The notes below the pieces were generated by a model. The model did not search any database and was not told where the DNA came from. It saw nothing but the letters and a program-made list of their open reading frames with translations. DNA of 64,000 bases from an uncultured delta proteobacterium (GTDB lineage Bacteria; Myxococcota_A; Polyangia; Fen-1088): NCBI GenBank assembly GCA_963767925.1, contig CAVYGB010000010.1, forward strand, positions 864,001-928,000, read 5' to 3'. Below are positions 28,356-38,099 of this stretch, piece after piece. Positions within the stretch are counted from its first letter, which is position 1, and each line of letters opens with the position of its first letter. The position numbers and the translations under genes were made by a program.

Positions 28356-30845
28356 TCAGGCCCCGCCGATGCGCGTGCGGCGGCGGGGCTCGCTCTCGGC
28401 GGAGGTGTCCTCGCCGGGCCGGCGGCGGTTGCCCACCAGCACGAGGGCGGCGGGGGTGACGATCACCGCCGCCAGCAGGCAGGTTGTCTCGCCGATGGTG
28501 GCCATGGCGCCCAGGCCTTGCAAGGCCCCGTTGCGGGCGACCAGCAGGGAGCCGTACCCGATGATGGCGCTCCAGGAGCAGAGCGCCACCGCCCCGCCCG
28601 CCGAGGCCACCGTGCGCCGGACGCTGCCGTGCTCCTTCCACTCGCTGACGATGTGGATGGCGTATTCGACGCCCACCCCGAAGATGAAGGGCAAGGCGAT
28701 GAAGTTGAGGAAGGTGATCTTGATGCCGAACCAGCCGGCGATGCCGACCATCCAGGTCACCCCCACCAGCAGGCCACCCATGACGAAGAAGGCGGCCCGC
28801 CGGGGGCGCACCCGGAACAGCACCAGCAGCAACACCGCCCCCAGCGAGGCGAAGCTGGCCAGGGGGCCGTCCCGCAGCACCGAGCGGATCATCGAGGCGA
28901 AGATCACCGCCGATCCGGAGCTCTCCACCTCCCGCCCGTCGGGCAAGGTGATCCGCTGCAGCACCGCGGCGATCCGCAGCAGAACCCGCCCGTCGTAGAC
29001 GGTCACGCCCTGCTCGGGCGGGTAGATCAGCAGCACCCGCCCCAGCGAGCCGTCGACCTCGGTGAAGGGGCGGCGGGCCAGGGGGGGCAGGTCGGCGGGG
29101 ACGAGCGCGCGCAGGGTATCGGGGGGGCGCAGGCGGCGGACGTCATCGCGCTCCTTCTGTTCCAGCAGCTCGAGCGAGGGGTCGTCGGTCGCCTTGCGGA
29201 TGTCGGCCAGCAGGGCCAGCTTGCGCTGCTGCACGTCGGGGCGCCCGGGCAGCAGATCCCAGACGGTCACGATGTCCCCGATGACCCGGGGGCCCGGCAG
29301 GGCGGCGTCGGCCTTGCGGATCGCCGTGCGCAGCGGCTCGACGTCCTCGTCCCGATCGGCGAGCACGATGGTGGGCTGGGGCCAGCGGCCGAACAGGGTC
29401 GAGTGGTCGAGGTCGAACTCGCGCCCCTTCTCGTCGAGGATGCCGCGCGCGCTGAGCTTGCGGAAGTCGTATTCGAAGGCCTCCCGCCCGAGGCGGCCGG
29501 CGCCCACCGCCAGCACGGCGGTGAGGGCGGCGCCCACCGCGAGGACCAGGCCGGGGCGGCGCTCGATGAAGCTGCCGAGCACGAAGCGGCTGCTCGGCTT
29601 GCGCGCGGCGGGGACCAGCTTGGGCCCCCGAACGTCGAGCAGGCAGAGCAGCGCCGGCATGAAGGTGAAGGTCATCGCCCAGGCCAGCAGGCAGCCCGCC
29701 GCCCCGATGGCCCCGAACTGGGAGAAGCCGCGGAAGCTGGTGATCATCAGCGAGGCGTAGCTGAGGGCCGAGGCGATGGCCGCGATGCCGGTGGTCCGCC
29801 ACAGCGCCGAGCAGGCCTGCAGCACCGCCGGCCGCACGGCCTCGCCGTGGCGCCGTTGCTCCTCGTAGCGGGCCAGCAGCACCACCGCGTAGTTGGTGCC
29901 GTTGCCCATGACGAACGAGACCAGGAAGCTCGTCACGGTGGTGAGGTACCCGAAGGCCAGGTAGGCCACCGCGTAGGCCAGCACGGTGGCCAGCACGGCC
30001 GGCGCCACGACGAACAGGATCGCCCGGGCCCGCCGGAAGTAGAGGGCGATCGACAGCGGGATGAGGAAGGCACACAAGGTGGCGACGAACACGAGGTCCC
30101 GCTGCAGGGCCTCCCGGTTGCGGATGGAGGTGATGATGGGGCCCGCGACCTGGACCTCCATCTGGGGGTGGAAGCCGGCCGGCGGGGTCTCCCGGATGAA
30201 CCGCTGGGTGGCGGCCAGCAGCCCCTCGCCCGCGTTCTCGACGAGCATGCCGCCGGGGGGCAGCGCCGTGATCCAGACCGTCTTGCTGTCGGGGTTGCGG
30301 AACAGGCCGCCCGGGAAGCGCCCCTCGAGCGGCACGTCCTTCTTGAGGCGGCGCTCGAGGGCGGCGTCGTCCTCCTCGTCGTCGGAGAGATCGAGGACCA
30401 GGGGGTTCTTGCGCTTGAGGATCTCGCGGCGGAGCCGATCGCGCACCTCCTCGAGGTCGGCCTCCGAGGCGTACAGCCAGCGGTTGGTGTCGACGAAGCC
30501 GAAGATGTCGCGCATGTGGTAGGCGGCGATGTCGACCACCGACCGGGGCAACGAGCGCAGCTTGCTGGTGAGGGCCTCGGCGTAGCGCTCGTTGGCGGCG
30601 ACGTCGGGCGAGCGCACGCCCACCAGCAGCAAGGTCAAGTCGCCGATCCGCTTCTGGGTCTGCTGCAGGGCCCGCACGCCGGGGTCCTCCTCGGGCAGCA
30701 GCTCGGCGAAGGAGGTCCGGAAGGTCAGCCGCGACGAGAGCGTGACACCCAGGAGACCGAGCGCCGCTGTGAGGAACACGACTACCAGCGGACGCGTTGT
30801 CAAGGCGCGAAATAGGTGCACGGCTTTCCATAGCCTAACCGGCAC
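28356..30845 (-). CDS. MMPL/RND family transporter
   Basis: Two repeats of large periplasmic loop plus TM bundle; GNGTNYAVVLLARYEE, GVGVEYAIHI, FRGFSQFG; start position uncertain. Confidence 0.85.
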   Translation of the reverse strand: MPVRLWKAVHLFRALTTRPLVVVFLTAALGLLGVTLSSRLTFRTSFAELLPEEDPGVRALQQTQKRIGDLTLLLVGVRSPDVAANERYAEALTSKLRSLPRSVVDIAAYHMRDIFGFVDTNRWLYASEADLEEVRDRLRREILKRKNPLVLDLSDDEEDDAALERRLKKDVPLEGRFPGGLFRNPDSKTVWITALPPGGMLVENAGEGLLAATQRFIRETPPAGFHPQMEVQVAGPIITSIRNREALQRDLVFVATLCAFLIPLSIALYFRRARAILFVVAPAVLATVLAYAVAYLAFGYLTTVTSFLVSFVMGNGTNYAVVLLARYEEQRRHGEAVRPAVLQACSALWRTTGIAAIASALSYASLMITSFRGFSQFGAIGAAGCLLAWAMTFTFMPALLCLLDVRGPKLVPAARKPSSRFVLGSFIERRPGLVLAVGAALTAVLAVGAGRLGREAFEYDFRKLSARGILDEKGREFDLDHSTLFGRWPQPTIVLADRDEDVEPLRTAIRKADAALPGPRVIGDIVTVWDLLPGRPDVQQRKLALLADIRKATDDPSLELLEQKERDDVRRLRPPDTLRALVPADLPPLARRPFTEVDGSLGRVLLIYPPEQGVTVYDGRVLLRIAAVLQRITLPDGREVESSGSAVIFASMIRSVLRDGPLASFASLGAVLLLVLFRVRPRRAAFFVMGGLLVGVTWMVGIAGWFGIKITFLNFIALPFIFGVGVEYAIHIVSEWKEHGSVRRTVASAGGAVALCSWSAIIGYGSLLVARNGALQGLGAMATIGETTCLLAAVIVTPAALVLVGNRRRPGEDTSAESEPRRRTRIGGA

Positions 30846-30864
30846 CTCGGGTGGGCGGAAAGAG

Positions 30865-31317
30865 CTAGGAGGCGAGCGGGTTGCCTTTGGGGCGGTAGCG
30901 CGCGATCCGGTCCACGGAGAACCGGAGGGCCTCGAGCTCGAAGGGCTTGTCGAAGATGGCGTGGGCGCCCAGGCGGCGGGCTTCCGCGTGTACGTGCTGG
31001 TCGCCAAACGCGGTCATCAGGATGAACGGGGGGCACCAGGCATGTTTCCGGATGCCCCGCAGGATGGCGAGGCCATCCCGGGCGGGCATGTACATGTCCG
31101 AGATGATCAGGCTGCCGCGCGGGTCGGGCTCCTCGCCCCAGAAGGCGTGACCCAGATCGAGCAGCAGGGCGGCGCCGTCCTGCGCTTCGAGGACGAAGTG
31201 TCCGTCCCGACGGAGCAGCACGGCAATCATCCGCCGCATCTCGACGTCGTCGTCGGCCAGGAACACGCGCAGCGGGGCGGTGCTGGTTCTTCGGGGAGGG
31301 GGCGCTTCGATGATCAT
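30865..31317 (-). CDS. Single-domain response regulator
   Basis: FLADDD, ISDMYMP, LMTAF and FDKPF receiver motifs intact. Confidence 0.88.
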   Translation of the reverse strand: MIIEAPPPRRTSTAPLRVFLADDDVEMRRMIAVLLRRDGHFVLEAQDGAALLLDLGHAFWGEEPDPRGSLIISDMYMPARDGLAILRGIRKHAWCPPFILMTAFGDQHVHAEARRLGAHAIFDKPFELEALRFSVDRIARYRPKGNPLAS

Positions 31318-31490
31318 GCGCAATCGACAGAGGAGAAGACGAGCTCGGCTGGATGCCGCGGACGCCCGTACCTGGCCGGACGCCCAGGCGAAAATGGAGG
31401 ACCTCCCTTAAAAGTAAGGACGGGAGACTTCCGTCTGGTCACCGACGCCCGCCCCCACGGCATCCAGCCGAGCTCGCGGGCCGTTCCGGG

Positions 31491-31506
31491 TGCAGGCCCG
31501 ATGCCA
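31491..31506 (-). promoter_or_regulatory. Putative sigma54 (-24/-12) promoter for the receiver-MMPL operon
   Basis: Minus strand TGGCATCGGGCCTGCA fits TGGCA...GG-N10-GC. Confidence 0.6.
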
Positions 31507-31614
31507 CTTGCGCGGACCGGCGGCTCGCGGCGCGAGGATCGCCTCTCGTGCGGATCTTGCTGGGGTTTCGGGGCCCGAACGGCGCGGGCGTGGGTGTGAG
31601 ACGGCAGGCCGGGA

Positions 31615-31648
31615 TGTGGCAGGTTGTCTCGCTGTGGCGGGATGCCAC
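31615..31648. promoter_or_regulatory. Putative enhancer-binding-protein sites
   Basis: Tandem TGTGGCAGGTTGTCTC and TGTGGCGGGATGCCAC (GTGGC-N5-GCCAC dyad), about 110-140 bp upstream of the sigma54 motif. Confidence 0.45.
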
Positions 31649-31815
31649 GGGACCGAAAGGTGCGCGCACGGACGCCCTCTGCGACCCGCCCACCCGCGCG
31701 CGGACCGCGCCGGCCGCGAGGTTGACGCCGTTCGGTCTCCGGCTGCTAAACCCTCGGCCATGGACAGACGCGCGCGCAGCGGGGCGGAGCGGGGCCGGGC
31801 CGGCGAGGTGGGGCC

Positions 31816-33291
31816 GTGAGGCTGGCGACAAAGCTCGCCATGGCGGCGGTGCTGATCCTCGTGAGCATCTTCGCCTTGCGGGCCTACCAGGCCGTGCGGC
31901 GGGAGATGGCCCGGGCGCTGGCCGATCGGATCGAAGATCAGTTCATCATCGGGCGGGCGCTGCGGCCGCCCATCCGCGCGATCTGGAGCCGGGAGGGGCC
32001 GCAGCGGGCGCTGCAGGTCCTCGACATCGCCGACGAGCGGATCCAGCGGGCGCGCAAGGTGAGCATCTCCTGGGTCTCCTTCCAGCCGGTGCCGAAGCGC
32101 CACCGGGAGATCATCGGCGAGGCGGACTTCGCCCGGCTGCTGCGCGACGAGGACGCCACCGTGGTGCGGGTCACGAGCGAGAAGCTCGTCACCTACGTGC
32201 CCCTGCACGTCGGCCCGATCATCGAGGGGGCGATGGAGATCTCCGAGCAGCAGTCCCCCTCGCAGCAGCGCTGGCGCGACGAGGTGACGGGCATGTTGAC
32301 CCGCACCGCCACCGGCGCGGCGATGTCGATCCTGGCGGTGAGCGCCCTGGGGTTCGTGCTGGTGGGGCGGCCCATGCGGCGGCTCAGCGAGTTCGCCAAG
32401 CGGATCGGGGCCGGCGACCTGCGGGGCGAGCTGCGCATCCGCCAGCGCGACGAGATCGGCGAGCTGGCCGAGGAGATGAACCAGATGTGCCGCCGCCTCG
32501 AGCTGGCCGATCAGCGCCTGCGCGAGGAGACGGCGGCCCGCATCGGCGCGCTCGAGCAGCTCCGCCACGCCGATCGGCTCAAGACGGTGGGCACCCTGGC
32601 CTCGGGCATCGCCCACGAGCTCGGCACCCCCCTCAACGTTGTGTCGGGGCGGGCCAAGATGGTGTCGAGCGGCGAGGTGATCGGGGAGGAGGCCCGGGAG
32701 AGCTGCCAGATCATCGTCGACCAGGTCGACCGCATCGCCCGCATCATCCGCCAGCTCCTCGACTTCGCCCGCCGCCGCTCGCCCGATCGGGGGCCCTGTC
32801 TGCTGGCCAGGCTGGCCGGCCAGACCTTGACCCTGCTCGAGCCGATGGCGGTCAAGCGCGGGGTCATCCTCGTGCTCGAGGAGAAGGACAGCAGCGTGCA
32901 GGCCGACGTCGACGCCGCGCAGATCCAGCAGGCCCTGGCCAACCTGGTGGTCAACGGGGTGCAGGCGATGGACCGGGGGGGCCGCCTGTCGGTGTCTATC
33001 GCGCGCAGCGAGGCCCGCCCGCCGGCCGACATCGCGCCGGCGCCGGGGGGGTACGCCTGCCTGGCGGTCGAGGACCAGGGCCAGGGCATCCCGCCCGAGC
33101 TCGTCCCCCGGGTGTTCGAGCCCTTCTTCACCACCAAGGACGTCGGTCAGGGGACCGGGCTCGGCCTCTCGGTCGCCTTCGGCATCGCCCGCGACCACGG
33201 CGGCTGGATAGCGGTCGACAGCACACCGGGTCAGGGCAGCCGCTTCGAGCTGTTCCTGCCCCTGGGAAAGCCGGGGGAGCCGGCGGCCTGA
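31816..33291 (+). CDS. HAMP-containing sensor histidine kinase (NtrB-like transmitter)
   Basis: LASGIAHELGTPLN, NLVVNGVQAM, VFEPFFTTKDVGQGTGLGL. Confidence 0.93.
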   Translation: MRLATKLAMAAVLILVSIFALRAYQAVRREMARALADRIEDQFIIGRALRPPIRAIWSREGPQRALQVLDIADERIQRARKVSISWVSFQPVPKRHREIIGEADFARLLRDEDATVVRVTSEKLVTYVPLHVGPIIEGAMEISEQQSPSQQRWRDEVTGMLTRTATGAAMSILAVSALGFVLVGRPMRRLSEFAKRIGAGDLRGELRIRQRDEIGELAEEMNQMCRRLELADQRLREETAARIGALEQLRHADRLKTVGTLASGIAHELGTPLNVVSGRAKMVSSGEVIGEEARESCQIIVDQVDRIARIIRQLLDFARRRSPDRGPCLLARLAGQTLTLLEPMAVKRGVILVLEEKDSSVQADVDAAQIQQALANLVVNGVQAMDRGGRLSVSIARSEARPPADIAPAPGGYACLAVEDQGQGIPPELVPRVFEPFFTTKDVGQGTGLGLSVAFGIARDHGGWIAVDSTPGQGSRFELFLPLGKPGEPAA

Positions 33292-33363
33292 CAATCGCGT
33301 GACGAAAATCGGCGTCTGCCCCGAACCAACGGGGACAGGGCCAAGGCCCCTCGGGAGACCGCC

Positions 33364-35124
33364 ATGACTTCACAGACAGACGCAGCCGGCCCGGCCGGCG
33401 TCACGCTCCGACGACGTTCCCGCTGGCTGCGCGGTGCGCACGCCGCGCTCATGGCGGGCCTGGGGCTGGCCTGCGCCACGCAGGGCGGAGGGGCCGGGCC
33501 AGGGGGCGCCGACGCCGTCCTGGTGGCAAACGACTCGGGGGAGGCCGACGCCGGCGCGGCCGACGGCCCGGCGCCGGGAGAGCCGGACGCCCCCGTGCCC
33601 GACGCGGAGCCCCTGCCCCCGCCACCTGCGACCGGCGGGCCCTACAGCACCTGGGTCTACCCGGGGCCCGACGGCAAGCTCGTCTACCGCAAGGACCCGC
33701 AGGGCAACCGGGTGCCGGACTTCTCCCACGCTGGTTTCCGGGGCGGCGGGGTCGCCTTGCCAGAGGTGGCGGTGGTGCAGACGCTGGGGCCGGAGGCCAG
33801 CGGCGACGACGGGCCCCGCATCCAGGCGGCCCTCGACACCCTGGCGGCGCGCCCCCTCGACGAGCGGGGGTTCCGGGGGGCGCTGCTGCTGACCCGGGGT
33901 CTCTACCGCATCGCTACCAGCATCCTGGTCAACGCCAGCGGCATCGTCCTGCGCGGCGAGGGCCAGGGCCCCGACGGCACCGTGTTGCTGGCCACCGGCG
34001 CGACCCAGCGCTCGCTGGTGCAGCTCCGGGGCAGCGGGAGCCTGGCCGAGGTGCCGGGCTCGCGGCGCACCCTCACCGAGGATCATGTGCCGGTTGGCGC
34101 TGCCAGCTTCCTGGTCGACGACGCCTCCGGCTTCGCGGTGGGCGACACGGTGGTGGTGCACCGCCCGACCACCCAGGCCTGGGTGGACCACGTCGGCATG
34201 GACTCCTGCCTGACGGTCGACACGCCTTACGACACCGGGGACAGCAACGGCAGCACCTGCCTCGACAACCCCTGGGCGGTCGGGTCGAAGGACCTGCGCT
34301 TCGATCGGATCGTCACCGCCGTCGAGGGCAACCGGATCACCGTCGACGTGCCCCTGGTCAACGTCCTGGAGAAGGCCTTCGGGGGCGCCACCATCTACAA
34401 ATACAGCGACCCCGGGCGCATCTCCCAGGTCGCGGTGGAGAACCTGCGCGGCGACAGCGAGTTCGTCGCGCCCGACGACGAGCTGCACGGCTGGAGCTTC
34501 ATCGAGGTGCGGGCGGCCAAGAACGCCTGGGTCCGCGACATCACCGCCCTGCACTACGGGTACGCCGCCGTCACCGTGATCGGCAACTCCAAGTGGGTGA
34601 CGGTGCAGGACTCGACCAGCCTGGAGCCGGTCTCCCAGATCACGGGCGGGCGCCGCTACACCTTCAACGTCGACGACAGCCAGATGGTGCTGTTCCAGCG
34701 CAACAGCGCCACAACCGGCCGCCACGACTTCGTGCAGGGCTCCAACGTGCCCGGGCCCAACGTGTTCCTGGCCGGGACGGCGATCGACGCGCGCGACGAC
34801 ATCGGCCCCCACCACCGCTGGTCGGCGGGCGGCCTGTACGACGGCATCGTGAGCAACCGATCGATCCGCATCCGCAACCGGGGCAACTCCGGCACCGGCC
34901 ACGGCTGGGCAGGGGCGAGCATCGTGGTCTGGAACTCGAAGGCCCCCACCATCCTCGTGCAGAACCCGCCCGGGGCCCACAACTGGGCCATCGGCTGCGA
35001 GAGCGCCCAGATGGGCAACGGCCACTGGGACGCGGTGGGCACCCCCGTGACCCCGAAGAGCCTTTACCTGCAGCAGCTCAGCGATCGGCTTGGCCCGGAG
35101 GCCGTGCAGGCGATCTCGCGCTGA
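33364..35124 (+). CDS. Lipoprotein with pectate-lyase-like right-handed beta-helix
   Basis: Lipobox LGLAC; PDFSHAGFRGGG, IQAALD, GIVLRGEG, NAWVRDIT, GPHHRW motifs of pectin-lyase-fold proteins. Confidence 0.65.
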   Translation: MTSQTDAAGPAGVTLRRRSRWLRGAHAALMAGLGLACATQGGGAGPGGADAVLVANDSGEADAGAADGPAPGEPDAPVPDAEPLPPPPATGGPYSTWVYPGPDGKLVYRKDPQGNRVPDFSHAGFRGGGVALPEVAVVQTLGPEASGDDGPRIQAALDTLAARPLDERGFRGALLLTRGLYRIATSILVNASGIVLRGEGQGPDGTVLLATGATQRSLVQLRGSGSLAEVPGSRRTLTEDHVPVGAASFLVDDASGFAVGDTVVVHRPTTQAWVDHVGMDSCLTVDTPYDTGDSNGSTCLDNPWAVGSKDLRFDRIVTAVEGNRITVDVPLVNVLEKAFGGATIYKYSDPGRISQVAVENLRGDSEFVAPDDELHGWSFIEVRAAKNAWVRDITALHYGYAAVTVIGNSKWVTVQDSTSLEPVSQITGGRRYTFNVDDSQMVLFQRNSATTGRHDFVQGSNVPGPNVFLAGTAIDARDDIGPHHRWSAGGLYDGIVSNRSIRIRNRGNSGTGHGWAGASIVVWNSKAPTILVQNPPGAHNWAIGCESAQMGNGHWDAVGTPVTPKSLYLQQLSDRLGPEAVQAISR

Positions 35125-35293
35125 ACATCGCGTCGGACGCCGGCGCGCGTGCTTGCCGGATCCCATCGCCGGGGGCACAGTGCCGTTCGGTGGGGCAGCC
35201 CGGCGCCTGTTTGCCCGCCGGGGCTCGCACCTCGCCCTGATCTTGGCGGGGGCTAGGACCTTGCCCTACGGAAATCACCGGGACCGCCGATAG

Positions 35294-35893
35294 ATGGTCT
35301 CCATGACACGCACGTTGCGCGACGGGGCGCGGACCCTGGTCGCCCTGATCGCCACCTCGCCGCTCCTGCCCGCCGGCCTGGCCTGCGCCCCGGCGAGCGA
35401 CCCTGGTGGCGGCACCGACGGCCCCGGCCGCCCCCGCGACGGCGGCGGCAGCGACGCCGCCAGCAACCCCACCGACGCCGCCTCCTTCGCGGCGGCCAAC
35501 ACGATCGCCTGCCAGCATCTCAAGAGCGGGCCCTTCTCGCCCGCCACCGGCAAGCTGATGTTCACCTACACCGACCCCGGCCCGGCCATCGACAACAGCG
35601 CCAAGGCCTTCCGCCTCACCCTGCCCGACCCGCCCAAAGCGGGCCACTTCGGCTTCAAGGTGCCCTCGGCCGGCGAGTGGGTGATCTTCACCAGCCGCTC
35701 GGTCGCCGTGCAGGTCTACACCTGGGACGGCTCCCCCCTCCAGCCCAAGGGCGTCGCCGGCAGCGTCGCCGAATGCACCGAGGTGAAAGACCGCGAGTCC
35801 TTCGACCTCACCACCGACACGAAACCCCACGTCATCCGCTTCGGCGGCGACAGCCCCGGCACCGTCGACGTCGTGATCACCGCCGGCCCCTGA
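35294..35893 (+). CDS. Hypothetical lipoprotein (myxobacterial type)
   Basis: Lipobox GLAC; ACQHLKSGP...VAECTEVK beta-rich domain. Confidence 0.75.
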   Translation: MVSMTRTLRDGARTLVALIATSPLLPAGLACAPASDPGGGTDGPGRPRDGGGSDAASNPTDAASFAAANTIACQHLKSGPFSPATGKLMFTYTDPGPAIDNSAKAFRLTLPDPPKAGHFGFKVPSAGEWVIFTSRSVAVQVYTWDGSPLQPKGVAGSVAECTEVKDRESFDLTTDTKPHVIRFGGDSPGTVDVVITAGP

Positions 35894-36204
35894 ACGAACG
35901 CCGACCTCAGGGTCGGCCATTGCGCCGAAGCACCCTCGTCGTTCAGGGCGGGGCGAGGCGGCCGCGAAGCAGCGCCGAAACTCGGCGTCCACCTTCGACC
36001 CGTGCTCATCGCCGAGCTCCGGGTCGGCGAGGCGCATGCGCTGCTCGCGGATCACCCCTGTTATCACGACGGTCAAGTCGACGAGCTGTCCCGGCAGGTT
36101 CGAGCGAACGACCATCTGCTCGCCGCACGCCTGAACGCGCCGGGAGCCCAGGATGGTGGCCTCGACATGGCGGCCGAGCGATCTGGGATCGGAGGTCACG
36201 CCGG

Positions 36205-36646
36205 AAAGCGGTCGCCGGCGTCCCTGCGGTTCCAGCTGTCATTGCGCTGGTCATCCGGGCCTTCGGATTCGGGCTCCATTTGGCGGTGGTGCTCGCGGGC
36301 GCATTCGGCTGGGTCATCGCCCTGGCGTTGCGCCCTGCGGTGGCGGCGCTCGCGAAGCGTATGGGCGAGGGGTCGGGCCTTGCAGGCGGTCGTGGTGGGC
36401 GCGTCGGGGCCGCTCGAAGAGAGCGTGCGGTTGCTGGTCCTGATCTCCTGCGCGCGATCGGTCGAAGCTGCCCTTTCAGTCGGATTCGGGTGGGCGACCA
36501 TCGAGGTGGCTTTCACCCTGGCCGGTTCGGTCATCACGCGGTTGCTGCGCAGTCGGGTGGGCCATGGGGCGCGCGAGAGAGCGCGGGATGTCGCCCTGCT
36601 TCACGCGCGTGACAAGGGGCGAGCTTCCGTCGTAGGAGGGGCGTGA
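36205..36646 (+). pseudogene. YhfC-like intramembrane glutamic protease fragment
   Basis: GAFGWVIALALR then, after an extra G at 36369-36372, ASGPLEESVRL...GFGWATIE; no start codon, truncated. Confidence 0.6.
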
Positions 36647-36656
36647 GGGGCGCCCG

Positions 36657-36693
36657 AAAAACGATGGCCCGGAGGTGACACTCCGGGCCGTCG
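36657..36693 (-). terminator. Rho-independent terminator (minus strand)
   Basis: CGACGGCCCGGAG-TGTCAC-CTCCGGGCCATCG followed by TTTTT on the minus strand. Confidence 0.8.
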
Positions 36694-36704
36694 AGTGGAT
36701 CGAC

Positions 36705-36842
36705 CAAAGCAGGATCGAGCCACCCCGCGACTTGATTCGCACGATCCGGCGTTGAGGTCCACAGCGGCGCACGTCGCCGCTTGGACTTTTGGGTTCTGCT
36801 TCTCCGTCGGTGCGCCCTGTGCGAGGGCGACTTTCTGCTTTG
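36705..36842 (-). ncRNA. Putative structured non-coding RNA (rod-like, 6S-like architecture)
   Basis: Ends pair (CAAAGCAG/CTGCTTTG); internal helices rely on G-U pairs only on the minus strand; A-rich central bulge; apical stem GTCCAAGCGGCG/CGCCGCTGTGGAC; terminator follows. Confidence 0.45.
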
Positions 36843-36896
36843 CCGGGATACCCCCGGGTTCTCGCCTCCCTGACGGTGCGGCGGCAGGGAGCCAAG

Positions 36897-37991
36897 TCAA
36901 AACAGCTTGAGCTGGTCACCCGCCGCTGGAGGCACGCGGAAGAGGTCGGTGCGGAGAGGGGCGGTTCGGGCGCCGAAGCCGAGGCGGGTGCTGGCGGCTT
37001 CGAAGCGGCGGTCTAGGAGCTGGGCGTAGGGGCCGGTGCCGCGCATGCGGACGCCCCAGCGGGCGTCGTAGAGCTGGCCGCCGCGGGCCTGGCGGATGAG
37101 GGAGAGGACGTGGTCCTTGCGGTCGGGGAAGTGTTCTTGTAGCCAGCCTTCGAAGAGGTCCTTGATCTCGAGGGGGAGGCGGACGAAGACGTAGCCGGCC
37201 TGGCGGGCGCCGGCCGCGTGGCAGGCCTGCAGGATGCGCTCGAGCTCGTTGTCGTTGATGGCCGGGATCATCGGGGCGGCGAGCACGCCCACCGGGACGC
37301 CGGCGGCGGCGAGGGCGGCGATGGCCTCCAGCCGGCGCTCGGGGGTGGCGGCACGCGGCTCCATCTTGCGGGCCAGGGTGCGATCGAGGCTGGTCACCGA
37401 GAGGAAGACGCTGGCCAGGCCCTCGGCGGCGAGGGGGGCCAGCAGGTCGAGGTCGCGGGTGACGAGCTGGCCCTTGGTGACGATGCTGACCGGGTGGCGG
37501 AACTCGAGGAACACCTCGAGCAGGGCGCGGGTGATGCCGAGGGTGCGTTCGGTCGGCTGGTAGGGGTCGGTGTTGGCGCCCAGCACGGTGACCTCCGGCC
37601 GGTAGCCGGGCTTGCGGAAGGCCTCGCGCAGGCGCTGCGGGGCCTCGGGCTTCGAGAAGATGCGGCTCTCGAAGTCGAGCCCGGGCGACAGGTCCAGGTA
37701 GGCGTGGGTCGGGCGGGCGAAGCAGTAGACGCAGCCGTGCTCGCAGCCCTTGTAAGGGTTGATCGAGGCGGCGAAGGGGACGTCGGGCGAGTCGTTGTGG
37801 CTGAGGATCGAGCGGGAGCGCTCGGGGGTGACCGAGGTCTTCAGCGGCGGGGGCGGCTCGTCGCCCGCGCCCCAGCCGTCGTCGAGCGGATCGAGGGACT
37901 CCCGCACCACCGGCAGGTAGCGGGGCGCCGGGTTGAGGGTCGCGCCCCGCCCCGTGCGCGACTCCGGATGTTTCGAGCGGCGTTCGTTCAT
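36897..37991 (-). CDS. PA0069/Rv2578c-family (SplB-like) radical SAM protein
   Basis: SINPYKGCEHGCVYCFARPTH (CxxxCxxC), GANTDPYQP, MEPRAATP, RMRGTGPYA; alternative start at 38039. Confidence 0.92.
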   Translation of the reverse strand: MNERRSKHPESRTGRGATLNPAPRYLPVVRESLDPLDDGWGAGDEPPPPLKTSVTPERSRSILSHNDSPDVPFAASINPYKGCEHGCVYCFARPTHAYLDLSPGLDFESRIFSKPEAPQRLREAFRKPGYRPEVTVLGANTDPYQPTERTLGITRALLEVFLEFRHPVSIVTKGQLVTRDLDLLAPLAAEGLASVFLSVTSLDRTLARKMEPRAATPERRLEAIAALAAAGVPVGVLAAPMIPAINDNELERILQACHAAGARQAGYVFVRLPLEIKDLFEGWLQEHFPDRKDHVLSLIRQARGGQLYDARWGVRMRGTGPYAQLLDRRFEAASTRLGFGARTAPLRTDLFRVPPAAGDQLKLF

Positions 37992-38041
37992 CCCCATCCC
38001 CCTGGCCGGCGGCGGGGCGTCCGGGCGGACGCTCCGCATGA

Positions 38042-38057
38042 CTGAACAAATGATCAG
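38042..38057 (-). promoter_or_regulatory. Myxococcus-type LexA (SOS) box overlapping a -10 element
   Basis: Minus strand CTGATCATTTGTTCAG versus M. xanthus consensus CTRHAMRYBYGTTCAG (one mismatch); overlaps TGCTAAGCT. Confidence 0.7.
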
Positions 38058-38099
38058 CTTAGCACGGTGGGTGGGCGACCGGCGTAATATCGGCGCCTC

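Noticed and set aside
35900..36200. Possible gene fragment between the lipoprotein and the YhfC remnant
   Set aside because: Open in more than one frame but with no recognisable motif, start or strand support
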